From Chrysomallon squamiferum (Eukaryota > Animalia > Mollusca), in NCBI GenBank assembly GCA_012295275.1, contig CM022671.1:1674001-1738000 (forward strand): 64,000 nucleotides of DNA, in the 5' to 3' direction. Positions 1-14,625 of this stretch are shown here, piece by piece. Below the pieces are notes generated by a model that saw nothing but the letters and a program-made list of their open reading frames with translations, had not been told where the DNA came from and did not search any database. The position numbers and the translations under genes were made by a program. The number at the start of each line of letters is the position of its first letter. The first letter of the stretch is position 1.

Positions 1-208
1 ACCATCTCAGCATACATGTTTTAGAAAGGAAACAAACTGGATTTAGAACCTGCTTTTAATATTTTTGTATATATGATGTAAAAAGTGTTGTTATCACAGT
101 CATATAATTAGTCAAGTCTCAGAAGATGGCCTTCATCTTTTCTACGCTTCTTGGTTTTGTTGTTTACCTTGTATTGCATTGTTCTCTCTTATCTGTGAAC
201 TGTTTTGA

Positions 209-326
209 AAATGACTACCACTCTACATGCATCATTGCTTCAGTAATTAGTCTGGGGGCTCTTATGCCTTGATTGTATATCTTTCGTTTGAGAAGTGAAC
301 TTATTGCAGCATTGCCAAAAATAAAA
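209..326 (-). mobile_element. Possible fossil transposase fragment (Academ-like)
   Basis: Reads ISSLLKRKIYNQGIRAPRLITEAMMHVEW*SF, resembling the GKxYNRxxRxHxLxxEAL motif; short and stop-interrupted. Confidence 0.35.
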
Positions 327-1675
327 GCGAAGTAGTTTAGGGCAATATGGAAACCTAATTATACTATGTCACATTAGCATTCTGCATACGGCCAAGTGAA
401 ATGTAATAATATGTTTTTAACCTGTAAAAGGGGTATTTTGTAATTTAAATTTTTTTATTAACTTGTTTTTAATCTGTGAAATGCCTAACTAGACAAACAC
501 ATTAAGACCTTGCATCAACTAGTAACTCAGAAGTATGTTGCTTCAAGTTTGTAACTGCGGCTGTTGTCGGTTTATGCAGATTAGAATGGTTTATCATATA
601 CAGAAATATTTTTTATTAAAATCTACAACCACAAAAAAATTAGGATTAAATAATATCCATACACTGACTTACACCAAACAGAATTCTCAGTTATATATAG
701 TTAGTCCATAATGTTTCTGGAACTTTCAATATTATCATTCAAGCGAAACTGCTTAAGTTAATTTAATCACTCATGCAAGAATATTGGAGATAGACTTCCT
801 TGTTTCATGACCTAATTATTTCTTTATCTCAGTTAACTGCTTTCATACTTAGTGATACCTCAGTGATGATGATGATAATGGTGGTGGTGATGATGATGAT
901 GATAAATCTCATTCAACTTAATGTTTTAATTTTAATTTTACTCCTTTTTATATTTTTATTTATTTTATTATTATTTATTTATTTATTTATTTATTCATTT
1001 ATTTGTATTATTGGGGGTCTAAATAAAGATCCGTTTCCAAATCAGTATTCTAATATTACATTCGTGTTTGGCATTTGGACATGCTGCAAAATATACCGAC
1101 GTAATATTTTTATATGTCCATTATTATAAATCTAGAGGTATTCAATTATTAAAACAGGTAATTAAAAACAAAACAAAAAAAATGGACTGTTATTTATCAA
1201 CTCCACCAGTTTTTCCTTTGTTTCTGATTACGACAACAGACCGGTGTAATGCTTTCTTCTTGTCGTTCACTTAAGGAAGAACTTCTATTCTGACTTATCT
1301 GACTACAGGACGGAGACAGAAAATTCAAGATTACCAATATTCGTGAGTACAGATAAAAGAAACTAGCTACCGCCTTTTCAAAGTAAAGTCTGAATTGGCC
1401 AAATCCTTTTTATATTCAATAGATGTTAATGACGTCATTATGGATTGGAATTGCGTAATCGGTAGATGACGTACAATGCAGGAACGAAGACCCGTGAGAA
1501 AGAAATGAACTTTTCTTGGGAATAAAGAAGTATCCACTGCTTAAACTACCGGTTGGTTCTATAAATTTCATAGCGAAATTATAAATTTTAAATTGAAAAT
1601 AAGTAATTAAAATTGTTCTATATGATTAATGATGTTTATGATTATGATTATAATAATTAATCATTCGTTTGGCTA

Positions 1676-2685
1676 ACGATAGAATGGATCAATGACTTTT
1701 TAAAAATAAAAATAGGAAACTCATTGTTTGCATACATAATAGTACATGTTTTAGATGTTGAATGCTTTTTGTTTTGAAAATGGAAATAAATATCATAAAA
1801 ATATATATATAAAAAAATATATATAATGGTTTCAAGTATAGTTTTACAACTACGTACTCAGAACTGTCCGCTATGGAGTTTTAGCAGAGTAATGTGTCCA
1901 CATTAGGGTACCTAATGAGAATAGTCATCTTCATATTCACGCGTCAGTGTCTGTGAATTTGTTTTATTTAATTTTATTGTATTTCTTTTTTCTTTTTTTT
2001 TTTTTTGGCTGGCGATGTCGTAATATCTGGAAAAAACATATAGTACGAAATGTGTACGAGACTGTATGACGTCAAAGTTATCAAACATCAACAATAAAAA
2101 AAAGATTCGATCTTTGCAGCAATTTCTACTCCATAATAGACATCTATGTATAAGAGACATTAATTCAATGACATATTTCCCCAAATTACTTTTAATAATC
2201 CATGTAGAATTGATTGCATTATGAAGGAATGCTTATTTAAATGTTTGTAAACACTGATCGGCATTAGACGCTGGCATCTTGGATTTCGATCGGAAGTTTC
2301 CGTCAGCTCACGGACATTTTCCAATTCCAAATTCAATTATTTTTCGTCTGTTTTCTTAAATGTTTATGATTTACACTGATAAATATAAGGATGGTTGTTC
2401 ATATTACCAAACCATGATGTCGCGAGCCTTTCGTAACTACTTTTTCAACTTAAAGAAAGATTATTTTTGTGAAAATGCGTGCATAATAAACTGAAATTAT
2501 AATTCGGTAAAAGATTAATGAATTAACTTTTAATTTGTCAATGTTCCCTCTGTCAGAAGCCAGCATAAAAGAACATTTAGGTGTTGTTTGTACCCATTAA
2601 ATCGGCGAAATGTCTGGAGGCTTTTTCTCCATGACGTAATTTGTGCCGTTACGAGTTATCGTTCCTGTTGGTCCATACTACTAAA
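1676..2685 (+). repeat. Left arm of a ~1 kb inverted repeat (partner 10800-11795)
   Basis: For example 2276 ATCTTGGATTTCGATCGGAAGTTTCCGTCAGCTCACGGA is the reverse complement of about 11187-11225; collinear matches across the arm. Confidence 0.85.
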
Positions 2686-2714
2686 GAAACATTAAATGAT
2701 AACATTGTATGAGG

Positions 2715-3190
2715 TTAGTTACCAAAAACAACAACAACAAAAAAAAACAAATATTTCGACCTTTGCAAAAATTTCTATGCAATATTAGACTTTACATTTA
2801 CAAGGCATTGATTATATGATATATTTTTACAAATTACTTCATATAGAATTGATTGCATTAAGGAGGAATATATGTTTAAAAGCTTGTAAACACTCATCAT
2901 CTTGGATTTCGGTCGGAAATTTCCGAGGATTCTCGGAAACTCGCACATCGGGTTGTTAAACATCCAAAATCAACAATTTCACGTCAATGTGTAATGTTCT
3001 TACAGATTAATATACCAAATTTTCTCGCTGCCTATGTTCCCCGTGCCAGAACCCTTCAGAAAAGAACTCTTAGGCGGAGTTTGTACCCGTTAAACTGAAG
3101 AAATCTGGAGGTATTTGTTTTGTCAGACGCAATTCGTGCCTTATTGATTTATCGTTCCTGTTGCCCTCATGAGTTATCGTTCCTGTTAAT
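2715..3190 (+). repeat. Older, partial direct copy of the same repeat
   Basis: 2750-2930 resembles 2100-2300 and 3030-3190 resembles 2540-2670 (both end GAGTTATCGTTCCTGTT). Confidence 0.7.
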
Positions 3191-3305
3191 AACTTCAAAG
3201 TTGATTGGTTCCTTTACGATAGTTATGTAACAAATCGCTTGTATGATAACAGTGTATAAATAAAAGTTTCAATTTTTCAGATTTTTAAGCTGTGCTGAAA
3301 TAGAA

Positions 3306-3533
3306 ATGAAAATCTTACCTGGATTGTGGATTATACTTGCTTTTGCAGTTGTTTCTGGTTTGTACTTGAACAAGTTTTTATTCGTTTATTAATTTTGTCT
3401 AGTATTGTGAAAGTTTATTTTTATTGCCACTACTATTATTTTTCTTTCCCTTTTATTCATTCTTCACATTTATCAACGTGCAATTTACTTCATTATTATT
3501 TTATTTTATTTATTATATTTATATTATATTACT

Positions 3534-3591
<58 letters not shown>

Positions 3592-4043
3592 TTTTACTAC
3601 ATTTGTTTTTTAATTATTTTTATTTGTAAATTCTTCATTCATTCATTCAGGACAAGATCCAATCTGGTCGCTATGGACTGTTGTTAGCGCATCCTCGTGC
3701 AGTCATACCTGTGAAGTAGGTGTTAAGCTAGTGAAGTATACTCGCATTTGTATGAGAATTAGTCCTCATTCAAAGTGCCCAGGGGACAAAATGAAATACG
3801 AAGCAAAACCCTGTTACCAAAACATTCCTTGTGATGGTAAGATAGTTTTAAACACGTCGTGAATTAAAGTGTGCGGTAAATCATTAATGTTAAATCTTTT
3901 ACGACTTATATTATTCTTCTGATTTCTTCTTCTTCTTCTTTTTCTTCTTCTTCTTCTTCTTTTTATTGTTATTATTATTATTATTATTATCATCATCATC
4001 ATCATCATCACTATTACTGTTGTTGTTATTATTATTATTATTC

Positions 4044-4088
<45 letters not shown>

Positions 4089-4658
4089 TGTTTGTTGTTT
4101 TTATTGTTATTTTTCTTTTCTTTTTATTCTTTTTTTTTTATCTTGATGTTTTTGATTCTTCTTTTTCTTTTCGCTTCTTCTTCATGTACTTGTGTTTTTT
4201 TATTATTATTATTATTTCTTTTTGTTTTAATCCTTTTCATCTTTCAATATTTTTCTTTTTTTTTTTATTCATCATCTAACACAATTTTCTTTCATTTAAA
4301 GTTATTTATATACATTTTACATCCGTGCCATCTTTTTTTTTTTTATGACATTAATTAGTAATATATTTCAGCAAATCTCATTCTCGTATTAATTTTAATC
4401 TTCTTCTTCATCTTTTTCGTCTTTGTGAAGTATTTTTTTTCTAACACTCTCAAATTTTAATAATTTCACATTACTGCGGAACAGATTTAATTAAAAAGGA
4501 CAAATTCGTGTCACGTAATTTCGAAAAAATAAAACTACAAAGCACCAACATAATTTAATGATCCTTGGTTTTGTTGACTCTAATTTTAATCAATAATTTT
4601 ATCAGAAAAATCTTTTCTCCAAAGGAGTAATAATAATAATAATAATAATATATTATTA

Positions 4659-4709
<51 letters not shown>

Positions 4710-6281
4710 GCTATTTTCTTATATTATTAATTTTCAGCGATTCCAATGGAAAATTTAACAAAAGTAGCGAGACATACAAACGAAAAAGTATTTCCTAGAG
4801 GTATATTTTATAATGTTAATGTTTGTTATGTTGTTTCTTGTTCTTGTAGTTGTTTTGTTGTTGTTGTTTTTTTATTACATCTACATCTCTGCACATGATT
4901 AAACTCCGCGTCTGATTACAAAGATCATCATAAACTGATGATAATTCATTTTTGCTAAATTATATTTCATAGCTTTTAGTTGCGTTGGAGAAAAACCCAA
5001 CTAAATGTAACAAAAATAAAGGTACTGCACTAAACGTTTTCTTATGTAATTTATTTGAACTTCTATATTTCGGTATATAAAAAAAAAAAAAAAATCGATA
5101 TAAGACATTAGCAATTTTCAATATATTGATTTTCATCGGCATGTTATCAACTTATTATTATTACTTTTTTTTATTTTATTTTTTATTTATTTTTTTTTTA
5201 TTTTTTTTTTTTTTTTTTTTTTTGAGCGATCTATAATCGTTAATAATAAATTATGACAACAGAATAATTCTGTATCAAAATATTTGAACGCTGCCAGTTT
5301 ACTTTTAACAATCAGGGTAACATAGAGCGGAATTGTAGCAGTAAAAAAAAAAAATGGTCCGCCAGTCACAATTACAGAAACTATAGTTTTTCATTGTCAT
5401 AGTTTGTGATAAAATAAATGTTTGTGAAAATGCAAAAAGCAGATAAAACGTTACTAGGAAGTATGAAAGATACCTTTATATTAGTTCATTAATTTACATT
5501 CTAATGACGTGTAAAAATGAGGAAACAGATCTCAAACTTGATGTAGATTTGAAAAAAAAAAAATATATAATAAAAAAATACCGTATATATCCGAATAAGT
5601 TTTATTTGTCCTTAACTAATATTTGATTCTGTTAAAATGTCTTGCAATTTTATATAAATTAAAGTCGATGTAAAAATAACGAAGGTTATTTATCAGTTAC
5701 TATTTAGTATTTAACAGGAGGCAGCTTGGTCAGGAATATTAACTATGTAGATCTATATACAAATCTGTGTTAATCCATAGTGACAAAAGTAATTTCGAGC
5801 CGGCAAATTTGGCAATACAAATAAAATTTGAAAAAACGGTAAAATTCTTTGGCCGGCGATCTCAACTGGTTAAATTCCAGCGGTCATGACACAGGAAATA
5901 AACTTTAAGTATATTATTGTAAATTAAATTGTAATAAAAATAGTTATTTAAAATAATTTCATAAACAGTAAATACGTTGTTTCTTTTTTTTATTATTATT
6001 CTTTATGGAATAAGTAGCGAATAGTAATACAAATATTTAATTTTATTTCTTTGATTTGTTAATTATTTAAAACAGAAAAAAAAATATTAAAATAATAAAA
6101 TGTAAGAAAAAAATACTAAAACGAATATATATATATAATGTTTATATCAATTTATATGTTTGTATGTACTGCGTGTGTGTATGTGAGTGTCTATTTTTTT
6201 TTTTTTTTTTTTATTTACATATTAATTTTCTGAACTTTAGTCCATGTTTGTTCTCTTATATTTGTTCTTTGTTCTTTCTTA

Positions 6282-6315
<34 letters not shown>

Positions 6316-7105
6316 AATTATTATATTTATTATTCTTTATTTTCTTCTTTTTAGATTATATGATCAGTATATCGCTGTTATTTCTAGCACTTGCTGTGAT
6401 CATGCTTTTTCTGTCGACTCTTTACATATACAGGCAAGTTTCTTATACTCTAATATACAGTCTATAATTATGGAAGGTACATGATATACATGGTAACGAA
6501 ATATACATGAAGAGATAAGTCATGAATATGCTGAAACCAAACAACATTATCATGACGTAGCATGAAATGATATGTAAACAATGAAGGTGTAAGACGTATA
6601 ACAACAAAACTGTACAGTTTAAAGATATCTAGGGGCAACTATGTTTCTGTAGTCGTGACGTCATCGTGTTCAGTGAAGGCCCACTTCTCCTGGTGTTATT
6701 GTGGGGAAAAGTGGCCCCGCCATGTATTCAGTGACGTCATTACTCCAGCTGTGAATGGGCTAAACTCCGCTGTTGTTTCCTTCCCATGTCTTGCTTTGAA
6801 AGCAAATCAAATATCAGCACACTAATGTTTCCTGGAATGACGAAGGAAACAATTGACGATGATCAGAAATGAGACGTTTTTTTTAAACCCGAGATACTGT
6901 CCTACCAGATTTCGCGACTGTAAAATATTTCATTTTAACTCGTTACATCTCTTATTTATGTAGATAAACCCCCCACAAAAAAAAAAACCCACCATCAACA
7001 AAAACAAAAAAGCAAACAGTTCACATAATTATAAATTTTAAAAGTTTTTTCGACGCAAGTAATCTACATTTTTTTTTCGTTTTCTCTTTCTATATCGATT
7101 GATTG

Positions 7106-7197
<92 letters not shown>

Positions 7198-7267
7198 TCT
7201 ATCTGTCTATCTATCTATATATATATATGTCTATCTATCTATCTATATATATATATCTGTCTATCTA

Positions 7268-7332
<65 letters not shown>

Positions 7333-7998
7333 CTATCTATCTATCTATATATCTGTCTATCTATCTATCTATATATATATATATATATATCTGTCTATCT
7401 ATCTATCTATATATATATCTGTCTATCTATCTATCTATATATCTATCTATCTATCTATCTATATATATATATATATCTGTCTATCTATCTACCTATATAT
7501 CTGTCTATCTATCTATCTATATATATATATATATATATATATCTGTCTATCTATCTATCTATCTATATATCTATCTATCTAGATATCTGTCTATTTAGTT
7601 ATTTCTCTATCAGTCAGTTCATCTACCTACCTTCCTACTTATTGATTTATTTATTTATACTAAGCCTAAGAGGAAAGGCGAAGAAGAAATCAGGCAAAGA
7701 CTTGAAAACAAACACGGAAGTGGTCTTGGAATCCGGCGCAAATAAAGAGCCCCAAACCATTCTAAAACCAGCTAGCAAGCTTAACAAAAAGCAGATAAAA
7801 AGGAAAAGCTATGATCTTCAAGGAATCGACAATAAGGCTTTTGTAATAGATACGTACGCTGAAGCGATCGTCAAGAATGCTGAGAAACCTTCACCGAAAC
7901 CAAAACCTAATCCTAAACCGAAGGGCAAAAGTCCTGCAAAGACGATTCCAAAGGGTAAAAAGAAAATTGTGACAAATAAACCCGGCAAACCTGAGTAA
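3306..7998 (+). CDS. Type-I membrane protein with one TSP1 (TSR) domain, ~237 aa (TSR-TM gene 1)
   Basis: Exons 3306-3357 (signal peptide MKILPGLWIILAFAVVS), 3651-3836 (TSR: WSLW..CSHTCEVG..RIC..C..C..C), 4738-4800 (stalk), 6355-6433 (TM: MISISLLFLALAVIMLFLSTLYIY, GC donor AG|GCAAGT), 7665-7998 (Lys/Pro-rich tail, TAA). Phases are consistent; 714 nt. The last acceptor could instead give an exon start at 7671 (same frame). Confidence 0.85.
7105..7580. repeat. Compound (TCTA)n/(TA)n microsatellite
   Basis: Directly visible; lies in intron 4 of TSR-TM gene 1. Confidence 0.97.
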
Positions 7999-8847
7999 AT
8001 ATCATTTAATCTTGAAAAAAAAGTAAAAAAAAGTAAAAAAAGACATCTGTTAAAAGTGAAAGAGGTAGCTCTTCGTGATCGTTACTCAGAAAACAAAACC
8101 TGAATTTCGACACGGTCGATTGACATTGGATGCAAAAATGTAGAGTGCAAATTGTACAGTCAGCCTGCTGGTCTGCAAAATGTGGTTCGCTAATGTTGTA
8201 TGTGAAATGTGTAGTCAGCTGATTTAGTGTGCAAAATGTACAGTCAGCTGGTAGTATGTAAAATGCAGATAGCTGATATTGCGGTCAACAGATAGAATGT
8301 GTTCCGTGCACCGATAGTCAATCTAGCATGCAAAAAGCACAATAACTATGTGAACGGAATGTACAATTAACAGAGGAGTTGTGCAAATTATAAAATCAAA
8401 TTACAAACTTTTAAAAATGTAAGGTGGCCTAACGAAAATCTGCAGATAGCTGATTGTATACCATTAGTCGAAGTGTGCAAAATTTACAATTAATTTAATA
8501 AGCAATATTACCCTGGGAAAGGAGAATTAACATTCAGTGTGATTTCAGTATGAAACCCAATGTCTATATATTTTATATTAAATTATTTCGTAGTATTTTT
8601 CTGTTCTTCCGTTGCGATTCGATGCTTGATTTTTTAATTGATTATATATATATAGTCTAAAAATACCGTTTAATTTAATTAATATTGTCGAAAACAACCA
8701 TGTAAAACATATGTATATAATTTGTCTAAAATAATTTTATAAAATATGTATACAATTTTGGAAATGGTATTATAGTATGAAAAATTATATAAAATTATGT
8801 ATGCATTGTGTAAATGAACTTTAAGTGAATGGTCGTAATATAATATA

Positions 8848-8989
<142 letters not shown>

Positions 8990-9447
8990 TGCACTCACAT
9001 TTTCCAAAATAATATGCATAAAATAGATTTATATATAAACTCTACAATTTCACCAAATAAACATTTCGTAAATGTGAAATTATGTTAATAAAAATAAAAA
9101 GTGCCGAGATGGAAATTTAAAATGTTTGGTATAACAGTGCTGTGAGTAAATTCTGAAATAAAATTTTAAAGTACAACGACAACATATTGCCCAAAATCTT
9201 TATTTAAATCTATATTAATATAGATAACATGCCCAGAAACCGAACTTGTCTATAATATGATATTAACCGTAGAAAAGTAGAAAGTTGAAGTACTGTGCTC
9301 AGTGTTATGAAATTAGATTTATAAAAGTAGAAATTATAGTTCACAAAGCCTGTTCAGAAAGCTAGCAGGAGAGCTTTTTATTTTTTGTTCCTTTCTCCCC
9401 TCCAGTTTACCGCCATGATTACAATTTTACGTTAATTAAATAGCAAG

Positions 9448-9542
<95 letters not shown>

Positions 9543-9870
9543 CAACAACAACAACAACAATAATAATTCTTTTTTTTTTTTTTTTTTCACATGGAATATT
9601 TATTTATTTAGTTAGTTAGTTAATGATTTTTTTGTGCAAATCACAAAACACAAATTACTATTTCATTTGTCTCCGTTCCTTAATACAAAATAATTAAACA
9701 ATCAAAACCTGTATTATACCTACTTCCGATGTGATGATGGGAAAAAGAAGGGATTTTTATACAACACCGGCAGCTTAAAAAGTTCAGATCGGTGTGAGAC
9801 AGAACAATGTAAATACTACCGCATGAAAACACTCAAATTCAAATTCACAAGACCAAATTAAATATTAGTA

Positions 9871-10208
9871 CAGGTACCGGACCAATTATCCGGCGTCCTG
9901 AAATACGGAAAGACCAGAAAACCGGATGTTTTTTCCCGACGCTATTTTCATAGATCGCGCGCGCGGGTGTTGTCCTCACCAGACCGGAACTACTCTTTCA
10001 AGCCGCGTGGCGTTCATTCACTCGCCGCATTGTTTACGTGTCGAGTCGCCACAGTTGTGTATCGTCAATTTTCTTTGTGTTTTTAATTTTAAAATGTTTA
10101 TGCCTAATTATTTACGTATTTAGATGCTTTAGTAACAGAAAACCGGAGAATCCAGAATTCCGGAATGCCTCGGGCCCCAAGGAGTCCGGCAAATTGGTCC
10201 GGTACCTG
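9871..10208. mobile_element. MITE of Tc1/mariner(pogo)-type
   Basis: Terminal inverted repeats CAGGTACCGGACCAAT...ATTGGTCCGGTACCTG flanked by TA on both sides; 338 bp, no coding capacity. Confidence 0.85.
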
Positions 10209-10499
10209 TAACATGATCGTATTAACTTGCTACTTTTCTACATTATGATCTGTTAACTGTACACTTTATAAGGATGGCAGAACAGAAGTGGGGGAATTAG
10301 ACTGGCCAGTTCAGGAGCGGAGTTATAAGGTAACAATTCATCCAGACATACTTTTTGAAAAATGTAATTATTATAAAATTATTTTTATTATTATAAATTT
10401 ATTTTGAGTAAAATAAAATCAGACATCTTCATCGGAAGCTTTTTTTCTTTTTCACCCGAAGAAATGAATTTATCATACATTTTAATTTATTACTATTAC

Positions 10500-10554
<55 letters not shown>

Positions 10555-10799
10555 TGTCATGTAATTTAATTTCTGTGTTAAGGTGCTCTCCGCGAATCGG
10601 AAGTCCCCGCACATTACTGCTATTGTAAAGATATTAAAGATAGTCAAGAGAGATCGTTTAATATAAAGGTTTATAAAAGAGAGTACAGATAACAATATTG
10701 ATAAATAAATACAAATAAGTGAAACCAGCTTTTGTTCTAAAATATATTGTATTTAATTTATTTATTTTGCACTGGTCACAAAAATAAAAAATGAGCGGT

Positions 10800-11795
10800 T
10801 TAGAATGTAGCATAGACCAACAGGAACGATAACTCGTAACGGCACAAATTACGTCACGGAAAAAAGCTTTCAGAAATTTCGCCGATTTAATGGGTACAAA
10901 CAACGCCTAAATGTTCTTTCCTGCTGTGTTTTGACAGGGGGAACATTGACAACTACAAAAGTTAATTCATCAATCTTTTACAGAATTATAATTTCAGTTT
11001 ATTACGCACGCATTTGCACAAAAATAATCCAGTTTGAAAGGTTTGATTAAGTTGAAAAAGTCCTTACGAAAGGCGCGCCACATCATGGTTTGGTAATATG
11101 AACATCTATACTTTTCTTTATCAACGTAAATCATAAAACGTTCAGAAAACAGACGTGAAATAATTGAATTTGGAAGTTTACAAATATCCGTGAGCTGACG
11201 GAAACTTCCGATCGAAATCCAAGATGGCAGCGTCGAACGCGGATCAGTGTTTACAAACTTTTAAATATGTTTGCCTTCATAATCCATACAATTCTACATG
11301 GATTATTAAAAGTAATTTGTGGAAATATGTCATTTAATCAATGGCTCGTATACACAGATGTCTATTACTAAGTAGAAATTGCTGCAAAGGTTGAAACCTT
11401 TTATATTTTTTGGTAACTCGGCTAAAACTCCATAGCGGAGTGTTATGAGTACGTAGTTGTAAAACGATACTTGAAACCATTATAATTCTTTTTCTTATAT
11501 AATATTTATTTCCATTTTCAGTGAATTAAAGGTCGTATTTACATGTAAAATGCAAATTGTTCACGTGTTATCTGAATGATTGCCTTGATACATTCATGAC
11601 AACGCATGATGCAGTTTTACAACAGAAAATTAAAAAAAAAAAATATTGAAGGTCCGTCAACCGGCCGAATGAAAAAAAAAAAGTTACAAATTAAATTTTC
11701 ACTCTTTTTCGTTAAAACAAAAAGCATTCAACTTCTAAAACATGTACTATTAGTTTCCTAATTTTATTTTTTTTAAATCTTTGGTTCATGCTATA
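10800..11795 (-). repeat. Right arm of the inverted repeat
   Basis: Reverse complement of 1676-2685; private insertion at about 11520-11710; lacks about 1890-2085 of the left arm. Confidence 0.85.
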
Positions 11796-12439
11796 AAAAA
11801 ATGGTTACCACATTTTCCATCTGGCCTGGGCTTATTACCAGATTTGCGCGGGCCAATTATAGTACACAGCAGTCTTTCAGTTTACAAATGACAGCTTTTG
11901 AAGTGTCTTTGTAACCGTTTAGGCGAAACTGCTTCAATTTCCAAAATGGGATGAAGTGAGCATTTTTTCTTTGTAGTCAAATTTTTTAACTTAAAGCTAG
12001 GAGAGTTCATTTGGATATATGACGTTTTTACTAAATCACCTGACGTCAGAAAAAAGTATTAATTAAAATGGTTATGAAAGTAGTATCTTAAATATTTTCC
12101 TTTATCATTTTTTCTTAACTTTTTTCTTTTTTTCTTTTATCTTTTTATATTTTTTTTTTTTTTTTTTTCTTTTTTTTTTTTTTTCTATTCTACTTTTTTA
12201 ATAAAATATCATTATCAATATTACTATTTATATTGTTATTCGTACTGGATTCAAGAATCGGTATGTAACTGAGTTTGCTTTAAAATGTATTTACGAAAAT
12301 TATTTCAAAACTGATGCTTTGTCAACAGTTTCTTAGTGAATATCTTGATTCGATTTGTTGTTTTGCAATGGCAAGCACACAAACGTTATATAAAATTGTC
12401 TATCTCACTAACATAACCAGTATATCTTTATTTTAAAAC

Positions 12440-12473
<34 letters not shown>

Positions 12474-12944
12474 TTAAAATTCTGGGTAATTATATGTTAA
12501 GGAAAATCTGTTTAAATCAGTGAAATTAAACTGTAACACTGATTAGTCCTGGTGGAAGTCTGGGGGTTGTGACGTATTTTTATTTATGGAAATAGGTAAC
12601 AATTTAAAAAAAAAAAAAAAAAAAAAACCAATAATAAATCAGAAAAAATAATAAATACAAATTAAATTAAATTGTCATCTGTCTTGTGTTATCTTCTGCT
12701 AGATGGTTTCTTTCCATTACTTTTCAAGTTTACCCCTTTGTTGTTTCATTCTCTTCCTCCAGATTTTTCCCTTTGTATGGTTTTAAGTGGCGATAAGCGA
12801 TGTCCATCAGCTCTCTTGTGTTTGAGTTATCTGCCATTTTAGTTTTTTAATCAGTTCATCTTATTCATGACGTTTGATTTCTCTCGTACCCACATAAATT
12901 ATAATATTATATAAATTGAGATATTTAATATATTCCTTTCTCTT

Positions 12945-12976
<32 letters not shown>

Positions 12977-13049
12977 CTTTTAGTCCGTGCCCATGTTTCC
13001 ACGCCATTGTTGTTGGAAGTACGCATGAACTGTAAACATGTCACTTTAA

Positions 13050-13495
13050 GAATGTTCCAAAGATTCTTTTAAAATGTTTTATTTCCGAAACTTCTGGTCT
13101 TTCTTTTTAGCACTGGTGCTGTAATCTGTCTTCCAGAGAAACGTTGGTTTCAGCACGTTGATGACTTAATGTCACATTAGCCTTTGACCTGTTTTTATTT
13201 TCAATCCATGTTTTGTGCTTTCATCAGCTAATTCCATCACCGTTCCGTGTACTTGATGCCGGGTATTTGCACGAAACAAAGATAACTAACATTATTCTAC
13301 ATACCCTTAAGCCTCTGGTTTCCCAGGTAATGCTTGGAATTATATTTTCGAGTGTTGCTGTAAACAGCTTGGATGATATGCTCTCTTTCTCATTGTTTGG
13401 GTTTTGTTGCTTTCTTTATGTGTTGATGTAGATGTCTTTCAAGAGTTTGATATACAAACCTCCTATCCCCTGTTCTTGAAACCTGACTTAGAACT
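13050..13495 (-). mobile_element. Degenerate RTE-clade LINE reverse-transcriptase fragment
   Basis: Broken frames read QEQGIGGLYIKLLKDIY, ESISSKLFTATLENIIPSITWETRGLRV and ELADESTKHGLKI, resembling RTE RT segments (ISPKLF..LE..W..G; EL..S..GLK). Confidence 0.7.
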
Positions 13496-14196
13496 GAGTA
13501 AGAATCTTTTAAAAGGTGAAAGCCATGCAGTGGTGAATGTTGTATTCTCGGGTCTTCACCTTTATATGGTGTATGACATGGATCCAGGCTGTCACTCTAA
13601 CCACTAGCCTACGCCTTGGGCGACACACCGCAATGCAAACACCTAAATAAAAATAATCAAACAAAGTTTCATTTCACGTCTTCATGAATAAAAAAATATA
13701 TTATTCATGGTAGTTATTTGCAAAGGCTTTAGAGGAAATCAACTTTCAGCTGCATTACCGAAATAGAGACGATATAAATAGTTCAACGATCAGCTTGGTT
13801 TGTTTGTTTTTCGTACCAGAGTTTATCGAACGATAAAAACAAAGAGTTCTAATTTTGAGCTTACTTTTTTTTTTTTTTTAAGATATCTTAGTAGCCATAA
13901 GACATTTTTGGCCAAGTACTGAGTTTTATGCATATAGAAATTTATAATCTCAAAAAAACTCGTTATATTACCAGAATCATTTCAGCAGAGCTATCGGTGT
14001 CAGAAAAGGATTTGACAGTATATATTACTTTTAAAATATTTTTTTATCTATTTTATTTTATTTATTTAACTGTTTGCTTGCTTGTTTGTTGTTTCTATAT
14101 TTGTTATATATTTTTATTTTATTATTATTATTTTTTAATATATATGTTATATATTGATTTATGAATTTTTGTAGTTGTTCATGAGGATTATCCAAA

Positions 14197-14538
14197 ATGA
14201 TAATCACATCTTTGATCTTGGCCCTTTCTCTCTGGATTACTGTCAAAATTAACAGTGTAATGGCGGGGACACTAGGTGAGTTTACTCTGTTTATTTATTT
14301 TCTAATCAACACTGACGTGAAAGAAACGGATTAATGTTTTCTAAAGCTCGGCGTCAATCAACATTGATTATATGCCAATAACTATTATAATAATAATAAC
14401 AACAACAACAACAATAACAACAACAACAACAACACCAATAACAACAACAACAACAAAAACAATAACAATAGCAATAACAATAACAATAACAACAATAATA
14501 ATAATAATGACGATAATAATAATAATAATAATGACGAC

Positions 14539-14625
<87 letters not shown>

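Noticed and set aside
3424-4358. Poly-Y/I/L/N and (CV)n, (SL)n ORFs here and throughout the window
   Set aside because: Microsatellite translations without coding signal.
7099-7664. N-terminal part of the 299-aa ORF (SIYL repeats)
   Set aside because: Translation of an intronic (TCTA)n/(TA)n tract; only 7665-7998 is a plausible exon.
12729-12836. Short minus-strand ORF MADNSNTRELMDIAYRHLKP..
   Set aside because: 35 codons, no recognisable homology or partner exons.
13575-13625. tRNA-like A-box (TAGTGGTTAGAGTG, - strand)
   Set aside because: No B-box or cloverleaf; at most a decayed SINE head.
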